A DNA stretch of 64,000 bases. Origin: Escherichia coli. Its GTDB lineage: Bacteria > Pseudomonadota > Gammaproteobacteria > Enterobacterales > Enterobacteriaceae. Location of the stretch: NCBI RefSeq assembly GCF_030013205.1, contig NZ_CP122648.1, one strand, 5' to 3'. This document shows, one piece after another, positions 47,291-56,662 of the stretch (the stretch's first letter is position 1; each line of letters begins with the position of its first letter). The notes beneath the pieces are model-generated. The model had not been told where the DNA came from. It did not search any database and saw only the letters and a program-made list of their open reading frames with translations. Position numbers and translations under genes: made by a program.

Positions 47291-48628
47291 TTATGGTTTT
47301 TCACGCACAATCGCTGGCGCATTAAGTACCTGAATTAGTTCATTAAGAGACTGCAAAATATTGCTTGCCCAGAAACGACCTTCATTAGTCAGCCGCAGGC
47401 AAGTTGAAGCATCGCGACTTAAGCCTTTTTGGTGCCATTGAGCCAGTAACGGCGCGAGTTTTTCGGCATGTGGCGTAAGTTCATCCAGCGGTACACGCGC
47501 TGTTTCAACACCTGACTGCAAGGTATGACGCCATTGCGCATCACGTTCGGCGTTACGCATGATCATCATCAGCGGTTTTTTGCCTGCCGCGACGGATTCA
47601 TGCCAGGTCTGAAGATTGCGTTCGTTCATCCAGGAGTAACCATTAATCGAACCGCCGGCTCCGGAACCAAAGGCCAGACAATCGGCACCTTGTTTAATCA
47701 GCAGGTTATAGAGATTGCGTTCGCGTGTGGTACGGCCCCAGTGGCTGTTACTGATGCAGCGCCAACCGGCTTCGTCCATGAAGTCACACCCTTGCAGATA
47801 AAGATCGCGACGTTCTGCCGGAGAGGGCACGGTAGTACGCCCATTTTCCACGGCTTTGCCCAGCGGTGTATTGGGCAGGACATTGAGCGCATAGAGATCG
47901 ACGCCGTCGAGACCGATATCGCGAGCAATAGCCAGATCTTCTCCCCAGGTTTGCGCATCCTGACCCGGCAGGCCAAACAGCAGGTCACAGACCACCGCTG
48001 CACGGTCGCGTTTGACCAGGCTTTCCATAAACGCAATGGCGGTTGGGCCATCCGAGGTGCGGGCCATTTTCTTGCGGATTTTGCTGTTAAACGACTGAAT
48101 ACCAATTGAGAAGCGGTTTGCTCCTGCATCAAGGCAAGCATCGATTCGCTCAGCGTCAAAATTCAGTACCCGGCCTTCGATAGTGATTTCACAATCAGGG
48201 GTCAGTGGCAGCTTTTCTCGTAATGTATTGATAATTCTGGCTAAATCGTGTGCAGAAAGCGCGGAAGGCGTGCCGCCACCGAAATAGACCGCGTGGATGG
48301 GGGCAGACTGATGCAATACGCTGTCCGCTTCCATTTCTATTTCACGAATCAGGGCGTCGGTATAATGAGCACACGCATCTTCATTAAAACGGTTCTGATA
48401 AAAACCACAAAACGTGCAGTGTGTCGCACAAAAAGGAATGTGTAGATAAACCAGTCGCTTACGTGGTGATACCGTTTGATTGATCATCTCTTGCCAGGTC
48501 TGTGCCAGTTGCTCTTTGGCAACCGGAATGGCTCCACGAAACGGCATCATGGCGCGCCTGTCTTTAAATGGCTGATCACCGTCTAAAGCAAAATGTGGCG
48601 TGAGATCCAGGGTGTTATTTGCGTTCAT
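47291..48628 (-). CDS. chuW: Radical SAM anaerobic haem-degrading methyltransferase ChuW (HemN-like)
   Basis: The 445-aa ORF has the radical SAM motif CATHCTFCGFY. Confidence 0.93.
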   Translation of the reverse strand: MNANNTLDLTPHFALDGDQPFKDRRAMMPFRGAIPVAKEQLAQTWQEMINQTVSPRKRLVYLHIPFCATHCTFCGFYQNRFNEDACAHYTDALIREIEMEADSVLHQSAPIHAVYFGGGTPSALSAHDLARIINTLREKLPLTPDCEITIEGRVLNFDAERIDACLDAGANRFSIGIQSFNSKIRKKMARTSDGPTAIAFMESLVKRDRAAVVCDLLFGLPGQDAQTWGEDLAIARDIGLDGVDLYALNVLPNTPLGKAVENGRTTVPSPAERRDLYLQGCDFMDEAGWRCISNSHWGRTTRERNLYNLLIKQGADCLAFGSGAGGSINGYSWMNERNLQTWHESVAAGKKPLMMIMRNAERDAQWRHTLQSGVETARVPLDELTPHAEKLAPLLAQWHQKGLSRDASTCLRLTNEGRFWASNILQSLNELIQVLNAPAIVREKP

Positions 48629-48647
48629 TCGTCTGATTTAAATCCAT

Positions 48648-49562
48648 TTATTGCGGCCAAAGCTGCTGGTGTAAAGACTCAACGACATCAGCAATACGCG
48701 GACCCATTCCCAGAATCAGGTTTTGATCAACGGTGATAATGCGCTGGTTTTTCCATGCGGCAGTGTGGGTAATTCCGGCAATAGAACGTAGCCGATTAAT
48801 ATCGCCATCGACCATTTGTGAGGTTACGACAATCACTTCTGGATTGGCCGCAATCAGTGATTCTGCACTGTAGCTTTTGTACTGCTGGTGGGTTGCGACG
48901 TTTTCTGCTCCGGCAAGCGAAAGAATGGCGTCCGCGACGCTGCCTTTACCGGCAACTTGTGGCGCACTTCCGCCTGCGGAGAGAATAAACATGGCTTTAA
49001 CCGGGGCTTTTTTGGCCGCCACGTTTTGCTGTACTCGCTCCAGGCGTTGGTTGATCTGTGTCACCAGCGCCTCGCCTTGTTCAGGAACCTGTAGCGTTTT
49101 TGCCAGTTGGCGAATGTTGGCGTACATCTGCTCAAGGGTGGCAGGCACACGCGGCAGGGTAACGACGTTGACTTTCTGCGCCCGTAGTTGGTCGAGCACA
49201 ATTTGCGGTCCAGCATCCTGCCAGGTAATTACGCTATCCGGGCGAAGTGACAAAATGCCTTCGCTGCTGAGTTGTTTCCAGTAGCCAATATGCGGCAGTT
49301 TGGCGGTTTCTGGTGGATAAGATGTCGTTTCATCGACACCAACCACGCGTTCGCCAGCGCCCATCGCGTAGATTAGCTCCGTCAGCGATCCTCCTGCGAC
49401 CACGATACGTTCGGCAGCCGTTACGCTAAAAGCCCAGCTAAGAGCCAGTACTGCCGTAAACAATTTTTTTCGTTTTACCGCGGTCTTCGCGGCAGAGGCC
49501 ACGGCTGAAATACATAACGTTAGTGGGGAAAAAAGAAACGGCCTGGTGATGATCCTTGGCAT
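48648..49562 (-). CDS. chuT: Periplasmic haemin-binding protein ChuT. The start is uncertain; the longest ORF extends to 49640.
   Basis: It belongs to the cluster A/class III periplasmic binding protein family. I chose Met27 of the 330-aa ORF because a Fur box lies inside the longer reading frame. Confidence 0.85.
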   Translation of the reverse strand: MPRIITRPFLFSPLTLCISAVASAAKTAVKRKKLFTAVLALSWAFSVTAAERIVVAGGSLTELIYAMGAGERVVGVDETTSYPPETAKLPHIGYWKQLSSEGILSLRPDSVITWQDAGPQIVLDQLRAQKVNVVTLPRVPATLEQMYANIRQLAKTLQVPEQGEALVTQINQRLERVQQNVAAKKAPVKAMFILSAGGSAPQVAGKGSVADAILSLAGAENVATHQQYKSYSAESLIAANPEVIVVTSQMVDGDINRLRSIAGITHTAAWKNQRIITVDQNLILGMGPRIADVVESLHQQLWPQ

Positions 49563-49585
49563 AATATGAGAACTCTTATCAAATT

Positions 49586-49604
49586 GAGAATGATCATGAT
49601 TATC
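49586..49604. promoter_or_regulatory. Fur box, chuT (chuTWXYUV) promoter
   Basis: GAGAATGATCATGATTATC matches 16 of 19 positions of the GATAATGATAATCATTATC consensus by hand count. Confidence 0.75.
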
Positions 49605-49936
49605 ATTTGGGTTATATATGAAATACAACCGTCGATTCAATACGTAAGGCGTTACAAGCGTATTTATTTTTGATTTTTATCAAGATGCTTCGTCAGCTAA
49701 CGTTCTTGTTACCGACTAAATTTCAGCGCGGGAAAAAGCTGAGAACCCAGAGATATCAAGGCTTGCAGAGCAAAGCGAAGAGAAAATTATCACTGTTAAC
49801 GACAAAGTTTAGTGATGAGGTCATGGGGGAATAACCATAAAAACAAAGTGGTTTCCAGGGCGCAGGATAAGTTTCATAACCCCCTGTTTATTGTGTTAAT
49901 GGCGGTTAAAAAAAGCTTGATCATAAAAAATTGATC

Positions 49937-49955
49937 GATAATAATTCTCATTATC
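49937..49955. promoter_or_regulatory. Fur box, chuA promoter
   Basis: GATAATAATTCTCATTATC matches 16 of 19 positions of the Fur consensus. It lies about 290 bp upstream of the chuA ATG, consistent with a long leader. Confidence 0.75.
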
Positions 49956-50222
49956 ACGTTTGCGCTTAACAAAACACGACCATATGGATAACAAAACCAT
50001 AGCATTTGCAAGGGATAACGCACAGCGCTCTTCACTCCTGATGGGGCATATCGTTTTGCCTGACAAAGAGGGCGTGCTTTTGCGTATTTGCCGAGATACC
50101 AGGCAATTTCATGGGATATAAACGCCTGTAAACTCACCCGGCGAATATTATCGCTCTGAATTTTAAATAAATTTATTTTTCGCCAGCCACCCCGGTATTA
50201 ACCCAGGCAGCCAGCATTTTTT

Positions 50223-50240
50223 ATTTTCCTCATGGAGAAT
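50223..50240 (+). promoter_or_regulatory. FourU-type hairpin occluding the chuA Shine-Dalgarno sequence (RNA thermometer candidate)
   Basis: In ATTTTCC-TCAT-GGAGAAT, the U-run pairs with the GGAG SD located 7 nt upstream of the ATG. Confidence 0.6.
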
Positions 50241-50244
50241 CGCT

Positions 50245-52227
50245 ATGTCACGTCCGCAATTTACCTCGTTGCGTTTGAGTTTGTTGGCTTTGGCTGTTTC
50301 TGCCACCTTGCCAACGTTTGCTTTTGCTACTGAAACCATGACCGTTACGGCAACGGGGAATGCCCGTAGTTCCTTCGAAGCGCCTATGATGGTCAGCGTC
50401 ATCGACACTTCCGCTCCTGAAAATCAAACGGCTACTTCAGCCACCGATCTGCTGCGTCATGTTCCTGGAATTACTCTTGATGGTACCGGACGAACCAACG
50501 GTCAGGATGTAAATATGCGTGGCTATGATCATCGCGGCGTGCTGGTTCTTGTCGATGGTGTTCGCCAGGGAACGGATACCGGACACCTGAATGGTACTTT
50601 TCTTGATCCGGCGCTGATCAAGCGTGTTGAGATTGTTCGCGGACCTTCAGCATTACTGTATGGCAGTGGCGCGCTGGGTGGAGTGATCTCCTACGATACG
50701 GTCGATGCAAAAGATTTATTGCAGGAAGGACAAAGTAGTGGTTTTCGTGTCTTTGGTACTGGCGGCACGGGGGACCATAGCCTGGGATTAGGCGCGAGCG
50801 CGTTTGGGCGAACTGAAAATCTGGATGGTATTGTGGCCTGGTCCAGTCGCGATCGGGGTGATTTACGCCAGAGCAATGGTGAAACCGCGCCGAATGACGA
50901 GTCCATTAATAACATGCTGGCGAAAGGGACCTGGCAAATTGATTCAGCCCAGTCTCTGAGCGGTTTAGTGCGTTACTACAACAACGACGCGCGTGAACCA
51001 AAAAATCCGCAGACCGTTGAAGCTTCTGATAGCAGCAACCCGATGGTTGATCGTTCTACAATTCAACGCGATGCGCAGCTTTCTTATAAACTCGCCCCGC
51101 AGGGCAACGACTGGTTAAATGCAGATGCAAAAATTTACTGGTCGGAAGTCCGTATTAATGCGCAAAACACGGGGAGTTCCGGCGAGTATCGTGAACAGAT
51201 AACAAAAGGAGCAAGGCTGGAGAACCGTTCCACTCTATTTGCCGACAGTTTCGCTTCTCACTTACTGACATATGGCGGTGAGTATTATCGTCAGGAACAA
51301 CATCCGGGCGGCGCGACGACGGGCTTCCCGCAAGCAAAAATCGATTTTAGCTCTGGCTGGCTACAGGATGAGATCACCTTACGCGATCTGCCGATTACCC
51401 TGCTTGGCGGAACCCGCTATGACAGTTATCGCGGTAGCAGCGACGGCTACAAAGATGTTGATGCTGACAAATGGTCATCTCGTGCGGGGATGACTATCAA
51501 CCCGACCAACTGGCTGATGTTATTTGGCTCATATGCCCAGGCATTCCGCGCCCCGACGATGGGCGAAATGTATAACGATTCTAAGCACTTCTCGATTGGT
51601 CGCTTCTATACCAACTATTGGGTGCCAAACCCGAACTTACGTCCGGAAACTAACGAAACTCAGGAGTACGGTTTTGGGCTGCGTTTTGATGACCTGATGT
51701 TGTCCAATGATGCCCTGGAATTTAAAGCCAGCTACTTTGATACCAAAGCGAAGGATTACATCTCCACGACCGTCGATTTCGCGGCGGCGACGACTATGTC
51801 GTATAACGTCCCGAACGCCAAAATCTGGGGCTGGGATGTGATGACGAAATATACCACTGATCTGTTTAGCCTTGATGTGGCCTATAACCGAACCCGCGGC
51901 AAAGACACCGATACCGGCGAATATATCTCCAGTATTAACCCGGATACCGTTACCAGTACCCTGAATATTCCGATCGCTCATAGTGGCTTCTCTGTTGGTT
52001 GGGTCGGTACGTTTGCCGATCGCTCAACACATATCAGCAGCAGCTACAGCAAACAACCTGGCTATGGCGTGAATGATTTCTACGTCAGTTATCAAGGACA
52101 ACAGGCGCTCAAAGGCATGACCACTACTTTGGTGTTGGGTAACGCTTTCGACAAAGAGTACTGGTCGCCACAAGGCATCCCACAGGATGGTCGTAATGGA
52201 AAAATTTTCGTGAGTTATCAATGGTAA
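50245..52227 (+). CDS. chuA: TonB-dependent outer-membrane haemin receptor ChuA
   Basis: The 660-aa ORF has a signal peptide, a TonB box (ETMTVTA), plug and barrel regions, and a C-terminal ..VSYQW. Confidence 0.97.
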   Translation: MSRPQFTSLRLSLLALAVSATLPTFAFATETMTVTATGNARSSFEAPMMVSVIDTSAPENQTATSATDLLRHVPGITLDGTGRTNGQDVNMRGYDHRGVLVLVDGVRQGTDTGHLNGTFLDPALIKRVEIVRGPSALLYGSGALGGVISYDTVDAKDLLQEGQSSGFRVFGTGGTGDHSLGLGASAFGRTENLDGIVAWSSRDRGDLRQSNGETAPNDESINNMLAKGTWQIDSAQSLSGLVRYYNNDAREPKNPQTVEASDSSNPMVDRSTIQRDAQLSYKLAPQGNDWLNADAKIYWSEVRINAQNTGSSGEYREQITKGARLENRSTLFADSFASHLLTYGGEYYRQEQHPGGATTGFPQAKIDFSSGWLQDEITLRDLPITLLGGTRYDSYRGSSDGYKDVDADKWSSRAGMTINPTNWLMLFGSYAQAFRAPTMGEMYNDSKHFSIGRFYTNYWVPNPNLRPETNETQEYGFGLRFDDLMLSNDALEFKASYFDTKAKDYISTTVDFAAATTMSYNVPNAKIWGWDVMTKYTTDLFSLDVAYNRTRGKDTDTGEYISSINPDTVTSTLNIPIAHSGFSVGWVGTFADRSTHISSSYSKQPGYGVNDFYVSYQGQQALKGMTTTLVLGNAFDKEYWSPQGIPQDGRNGKIFVSYQW

Positions 52228-52275
52228 TCATCTGCCCCGATATTTCGGGGCATTTATCTGGAAGGAAGAGAGACA

Positions 52276-53304
52276 ATGAACCACTACACACGCTGGCTTG
52301 AGTTAAAAGAACAAAATCCCGGAAAGTACGCGCGTGACATCGCAGGTTTAATGAATATTAGCGAAGCAGAACTGGCATTTGCGCGCGTCACGCACGATGC
52401 GTGGCGGATGTGCGGCGATATCCGTGACATTCTGGCGGCGCTCGAAAGTGTTGGCGAGACCAAATGTATTTGTCGTAATGAATATGCAGTCCATGAGCAA
52501 GTTGGTGCGTTCACAAACCAGCATTTGAACGGACATGCCGGATTGATCCTCAATCCGCGCGCGCTGGATTTGCGTCTGTTTCTCAATCAATGGGCCAGTG
52601 TTTTTCACATTAAAGAAAATACGACTCGTGGCGAACGCCAGAGTATTCAGTTCTTTGATCATCAGGGCGATGCATTACTAAAAGTTTATGCCACCGACAA
52701 TACCGATATGGCGGCATGGAGTGAGCTTCTGGCACGGTTTATCACCGATGAGAATACGTCGCTTGAGTTAAAAGCCGTTGATGCGCCAGTTGTTCAAACG
52801 CGAGCCGATGCCAGTGTGGTCGAGCAAGAGTGGCGGGCGATGACCGACGTTCATCAGTTTTTTACGTTGCTCAAGCGCCACAACCTGACGCGCCAACAGG
52901 CGTTCAATCTGGTGGCAGATGATTTGGCCTGCAAAGTATCCAACAGTGCGTTGGCGCAAATTCTTGAATCTGCACAGCAGGATGGCAATGAAATCATGGT
53001 GTTTGTTGGCAACCGTGGCTGCGTACAGATTTTCACCGGTGTGGTAGAAAAAGTGGTGCCAATGAAAGGTTGGCTGAATATTTTTAACCCGACGTTTACT
53101 CTTCATCTATTAGAAGAGAGCATTGCTGAAACCTGGGTAACCCGTAAACCTGCTAGTGACGGTTATGTGACCAGTCTGGAATTGTTTGCCCATGATGGTA
53201 CGCAGATAGCGCAACTTTATGGTCAACGTACAGAAGGCGAACAGGAGCAAGCGCAATGGCGTAAGCAAATTGCTTCGCTGATACCGGAAGGCGTTACTGC
53301 ATAA
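52276..53304 (+). CDS. chuS: Haem oxygenase / haem-degrading protein ChuS
   Basis: The 342-aa ORF lies downstream of chuA and is recognised as ChuS/ShuS-like. Confidence 0.95.
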   Translation: MNHYTRWLELKEQNPGKYARDIAGLMNISEAELAFARVTHDAWRMCGDIRDILAALESVGETKCICRNEYAVHEQVGAFTNQHLNGHAGLILNPRALDLRLFLNQWASVFHIKENTTRGERQSIQFFDHQGDALLKVYATDNTDMAAWSELLARFITDENTSLELKAVDAPVVQTRADASVVEQEWRAMTDVHQFFTLLKRHNLTRQQAFNLVADDLACKVSNSALAQILESAQQDGNEIMVFVGNRGCVQIFTGVVEKVVPMKGWLNIFNPTFTLHLLEESIAETWVTRKPASDGYVTSLELFAHDGTQIAQLYGQRTEGEQEQAQWRKQIASLIPEGVTA

Positions 53305-53364
53305 CGTATAATTAACGGGAGGTCTGGCTATTTATTGCTGGGCCTCTTTATATTAATCAATCGA

Positions 53365-53895
53365 TCACACCAGATAATCAATATGCTGATGGCGTACCAA
53401 CTCATTGATCCGCTTAAGATTGAGGATCATCATGATATTGTGTTTATGGCAGTAGAACGTTTTTAGCGATATTTTCAGTTTCTCCAGAATATCTTCCGTT
53501 GTCATTTGATTCGCAATGCAGCTCAGAACCTGATGCTGCTTGCGCGAAAGGGACACATCCGCTTCAGGCACAGAGCAGTAACTGCCATTGATGAGTGCGA
53601 CAAAGTCGATGATGGTGATAGTTCGCGGAACAAAGGTCACCGGTACTTTCCCCAGGCAGCGTTTAATATTAAAGGGAGAGAAAATAATCACATGGACAGG
53701 TTTTAATCGTTCAATTTGAGTGAGCAAATTAGAATGAAATACATTATTCATTAATGTATCAATAATGACGAAGGCATGCTGATGCAACATTACGTCGATC
53801 TCTTCTTCGTTCTGTATATGAACGACATTACCTTTACTCAGAATGTTTTTCATCGCAGTGAAGAACATCGTATCCCTGGTAATTATAAGAAACAT
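53365..53895 (-). CDS. dctR: LuxR-family regulator DctR (YhiF)
   Basis: The 176-aa AT-rich ORF has a GadE-like architecture and lies next to slp. Confidence 0.93.
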   Translation of the reverse strand: MFLIITRDTMFFTAMKNILSKGNVVHIQNEEEIDVMLHQHAFVIIDTLMNNVFHSNLLTQIERLKPVHVIIFSPFNIKRCLGKVPVTFVPRTITIIDFVALINGSYCSVPEADVSLSRKQHQVLSCIANQMTTEDILEKLKISLKTFYCHKHNIMMILNLKRINELVRHQHIDYLV

Positions 53896-54047
53896 AACCG
53901 ACTCCTGGTGCGGACATTAACTTTATAATCAGTTTGCCAAAGGTAATTAACAGGACAGGGCTTATAATAATAGTTAGCTGGCTGTGTATTAATTTGATGT
54001 AATGCATGATGCAGATGCTGAGAAAGCATCTGCATCTCTCGGTGGTG

Positions 54048-54614
54048 TTATTTGACCAGCTCAGGTGTTACCTGACTCACCGCATTGGTGTAGTAAGGCG
54101 CGCCCCAGCCTGGTTCCGGCCAGAATGCACCATAGCCGTAATCCCACAGGTTATAGGTGGTATTAACCATTTCTCTCAAATGCCACACCTGAATGCCCTG
54201 CATATTCACTTCCAGGAAGTTATACGGGACTTTATTGATAAAGCCAGGTTGTTCACCCTGAATGGTACCGAGGATGGTAACAAAGTGATTACGATAGTTC
54301 ACTGGATCAAGGAAGCCGCTTTGTCTGGCGAGCAGTCGGCCCTGATAGTTGGCTTCAATATCAGGCTTCGCATAGCTATCCAACGGTAATACAGCGATTT
54401 CTAACAACGTATCCGTTTTGCCATTGATAACGTTGATAACCTTCCCACCAAAGCGCGCTTGTTGACCAACATATAACCCCGGCTGGTTATGAACAGCAAC
54501 AAAACTTTTTTGAATATCAGGTTGGTTATTGCCTTTGATATTTTGCGGAATTGAACTACATGCGGCAAGCAAAAATGAAAGGCTGAGGATGAGTGCACCT
54601 TTTGTCATGTTCAT
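54048..54614 (-). CDS. slp: Starvation-inducible outer-membrane lipoprotein Slp
   Basis: The 188-aa protein starts at MNMTKGALILSLSFLLAAC.., which contains a lipobox. The longer 261-aa ORF is an upstream extension. Confidence 0.95.
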   Translation of the reverse strand: MNMTKGALILSLSFLLAACSSIPQNIKGNNQPDIQKSFVAVHNQPGLYVGQQARFGGKVINVINGKTDTLLEIAVLPLDSYAKPDIEANYQGRLLARQSGFLDPVNYRNHFVTILGTIQGEQPGFINKVPYNFLEVNMQGIQVWHLREMVNTTYNLWDYGYGAFWPEPGWGAPYYTNAVSQVTPELVK

Positions 54615-54858
54615 GTTACTATCCTTATCAACAAATATTAAAACCATAATAGATATTTCTTTATAGTTTTCATCTGATTCTGAGGCGATATGCCTGATAG
54701 TAACGTAAACCTGTCTGATGTTTATATCCCTTCTGTTTAGTTTAATTCTGTTAATTTTGGGGCGTGACATGAGTATCCATCGCCCCATAAAATAGCCTTT
54801 TTTTAAAGGTACATAAAATCTATTTTTATTCAATGATTATAAAGTGCTAATGTTCATA

Positions 54859-56082
54859 TTATGGGATTATATTCTGGTAATGATTTGATAAGCGAATTCT
54901 TTTGCCAGATGGTGTTTCTATTTCCACCCCATAATTTATAGTTTTTTCATCAGGTAGCGATCTCTTTAAATAAGGTGCGTATGACATTTTTTTTGGGTTA
55001 AGCGTCTCGTATTGAAATACTTCGAATTGATATTCAGACATTTCTGCCCATGTTTGAATTTTATTGTATCGGGGTAGTGTCGTAAAGGCTTTAACTTGCT
55101 TATAACATTGTTTTTTGAATTCTTGCTGATATTTTAATATGTCATTGTATGAAATATTGGTTATCCTGGCCTCTAAGAATTTAATTATTGTCGAAGCAAT
55201 TTCCGCTTTTGCTCGTAAAAAGTTGTCATTAATGGTTAATAATGTTGAAAATAAACCTTCGATTTGTTTGTCAAGATATTGTTCGTCTTTATATAATTTT
55301 GGGGTAGGGTGTTCTTTATGTGAAAAAATAGTGTCACCTAAATTTGCGTCAGTGAAATTTATATTAAGTAGATCTTCGAAATAAAACCTTGACAAGGTTA
55401 GAACGAACCCGGACAGGTTCTGTCCTGTCATATTGAAATCAATAAAGTTGGTTCCGGCAAAGACTTTCATCCTGTTTTTATTTTCACTGTGTTCAATATA
55501 TAACTTCGTCATTTTTTGATACAGGCTTTGAATATCTTTTATATTAGTCGGTAAGTCAGCTCGTTGTTCAGCAATAAAATTAGTATCTGAAAATATGGTT
55601 TGGACACTGAATGTTATGGGTATTCCCTCTTCTACGCTAATTTTAGTTATGATTGCCTTGTCGGGTTTAGGATTAGCGACAACAATGATTCGACATTCAG
55701 CACTTTTGTTCTTTTCGTATCTAATGTTATTAATTTGATTAAGTAGTCCCTGTGCCTGCCGCGTAAGTGGTGTCGAACTTATCGATTCAATGTTAGTAAT
55801 AAGACTTACAAGTTGAGCCACAACTTTTGAGTAGTCTGCATTTGTATATGTGGTGTTCGTGTGGCACGCATTAATTTGTTGGAGTTGTTGTTGCGCTAAA
55901 TCAAATTGTTCAGCGTTATATCCTTCTTCAGACAATGAAAAATTAATGGGTTGCTGTTCTTCCTGATTATCACAAGGCCACATCGGTGTGTCTGGTGTTT
56001 TAACATTGTCGGTATCTGTTGTGCGGTTATAAATATCGCCGTGATATGTATTTATCATACCTGGGGTAAAGTCAATTGACAT
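54859..56082 (-). CDS. yhiS: Uncharacterised AT-rich protein YhiS, intact here, with a pentapeptide-repeat-like central segment
   Basis: The 407-aa ORF occupies the position of K-12 yhiS, which is IS5-disrupted there. The segment [43 protein letters not shown] shows a 5-residue periodicity. Confidence 0.75.
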   Translation of the reverse strand: MSIDFTPGMINTYHGDIYNRTTDTDNVKTPDTPMWPCDNQEEQQPINFSLSEEGYNAEQFDLAQQQLQQINACHTNTTYTNADYSKVVAQLVSLITNIESISSTPLTRQAQGLLNQINNIRYEKNKSAECRIIVVANPKPDKAIITKISVEEGIPITFSVQTIFSDTNFIAEQRADLPTNIKDIQSLYQKMTKLYIEHSENKNRMKVFAGTNFIDFNMTGQNLSGFVLTLSRFYFEDLLNINFTDANLGDTIFSHKEHPTPKLYKDEQYLDKQIEGLFSTLLTINDNFLRAKAEIASTIIKFLEARITNISYNDILKYQQEFKKQCYKQVKAFTTLPRYNKIQTWAEMSEYQFEVFQYETLNPKKMSYAPYLKRSLPDEKTINYGVEIETPSGKRIRLSNHYQNIIP

Positions 56083-56662
56083 AACATTCCTTATTGTTCA
56101 TCTATTTCGCTAAATTTTTGTAAATCGGAGAATTAGAGCAGGAATGGATTTTCTTCTACGCGGAAATAAACACAATGCGTCATATCTTCCTGATATAATT
56201 ATCTTTAACTTCCCTTTCATTTCCACCCGGTAATATTTGTGTATAAAAAAAGGGCAGTGATAGTATCGTAAAGGAAAACGTTAACAACTATCAAAAAGCG
56301 CTCATTTTAAAAAGTTATGATGTTCACCGATAGTGTGTGAAGTGATATTTTTGTGATGTTTTAGATGTGTAATAATGAACCAGGTTAAAGTGTATTTAAA
56401 AATGTGTTGTATTGGCGACTGAAATCTGCCCTTTAAAAGGGGGGATAGCACTGAAACAAAGAGACATTGCTTCTCCGATAAAATGTCAGAGAAGCATGAT
56501 TGCGTGGTGATTGTCGATTGATGACTTACTGACGGATCCGTCATCATTCTCAAAGCATTAGTTAAGTTATTTGTGATTTTTAAGGATTATCCTATCTATG
56601 ATTTTCTACTCAGAAGGATAAGGCACTCACAATGCTCCTTATAGTTTACTGCTGGCATCTAT

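Larger units (their letters stand above)
44300..53364. other. chu haem-uptake and haem-utilisation island inserted between yhiD and dctR inside the acid fitness island
   Basis: Eight contiguous chu genes occupy a site where K-12 has yhiD directly next to dctR. I saw no integrase, IS or direct repeats at the borders. Confidence 0.85.

Noticed and set aside
56302-56553. 83-aa minus-strand ORF between yhiS and the permease
   Set aside because: It lies in an AT-rich intergenic stretch with no RBS and no recognisable motif. It is probably the yhiS promoter or H-NS-bound region. A small protein cannot be excluded.
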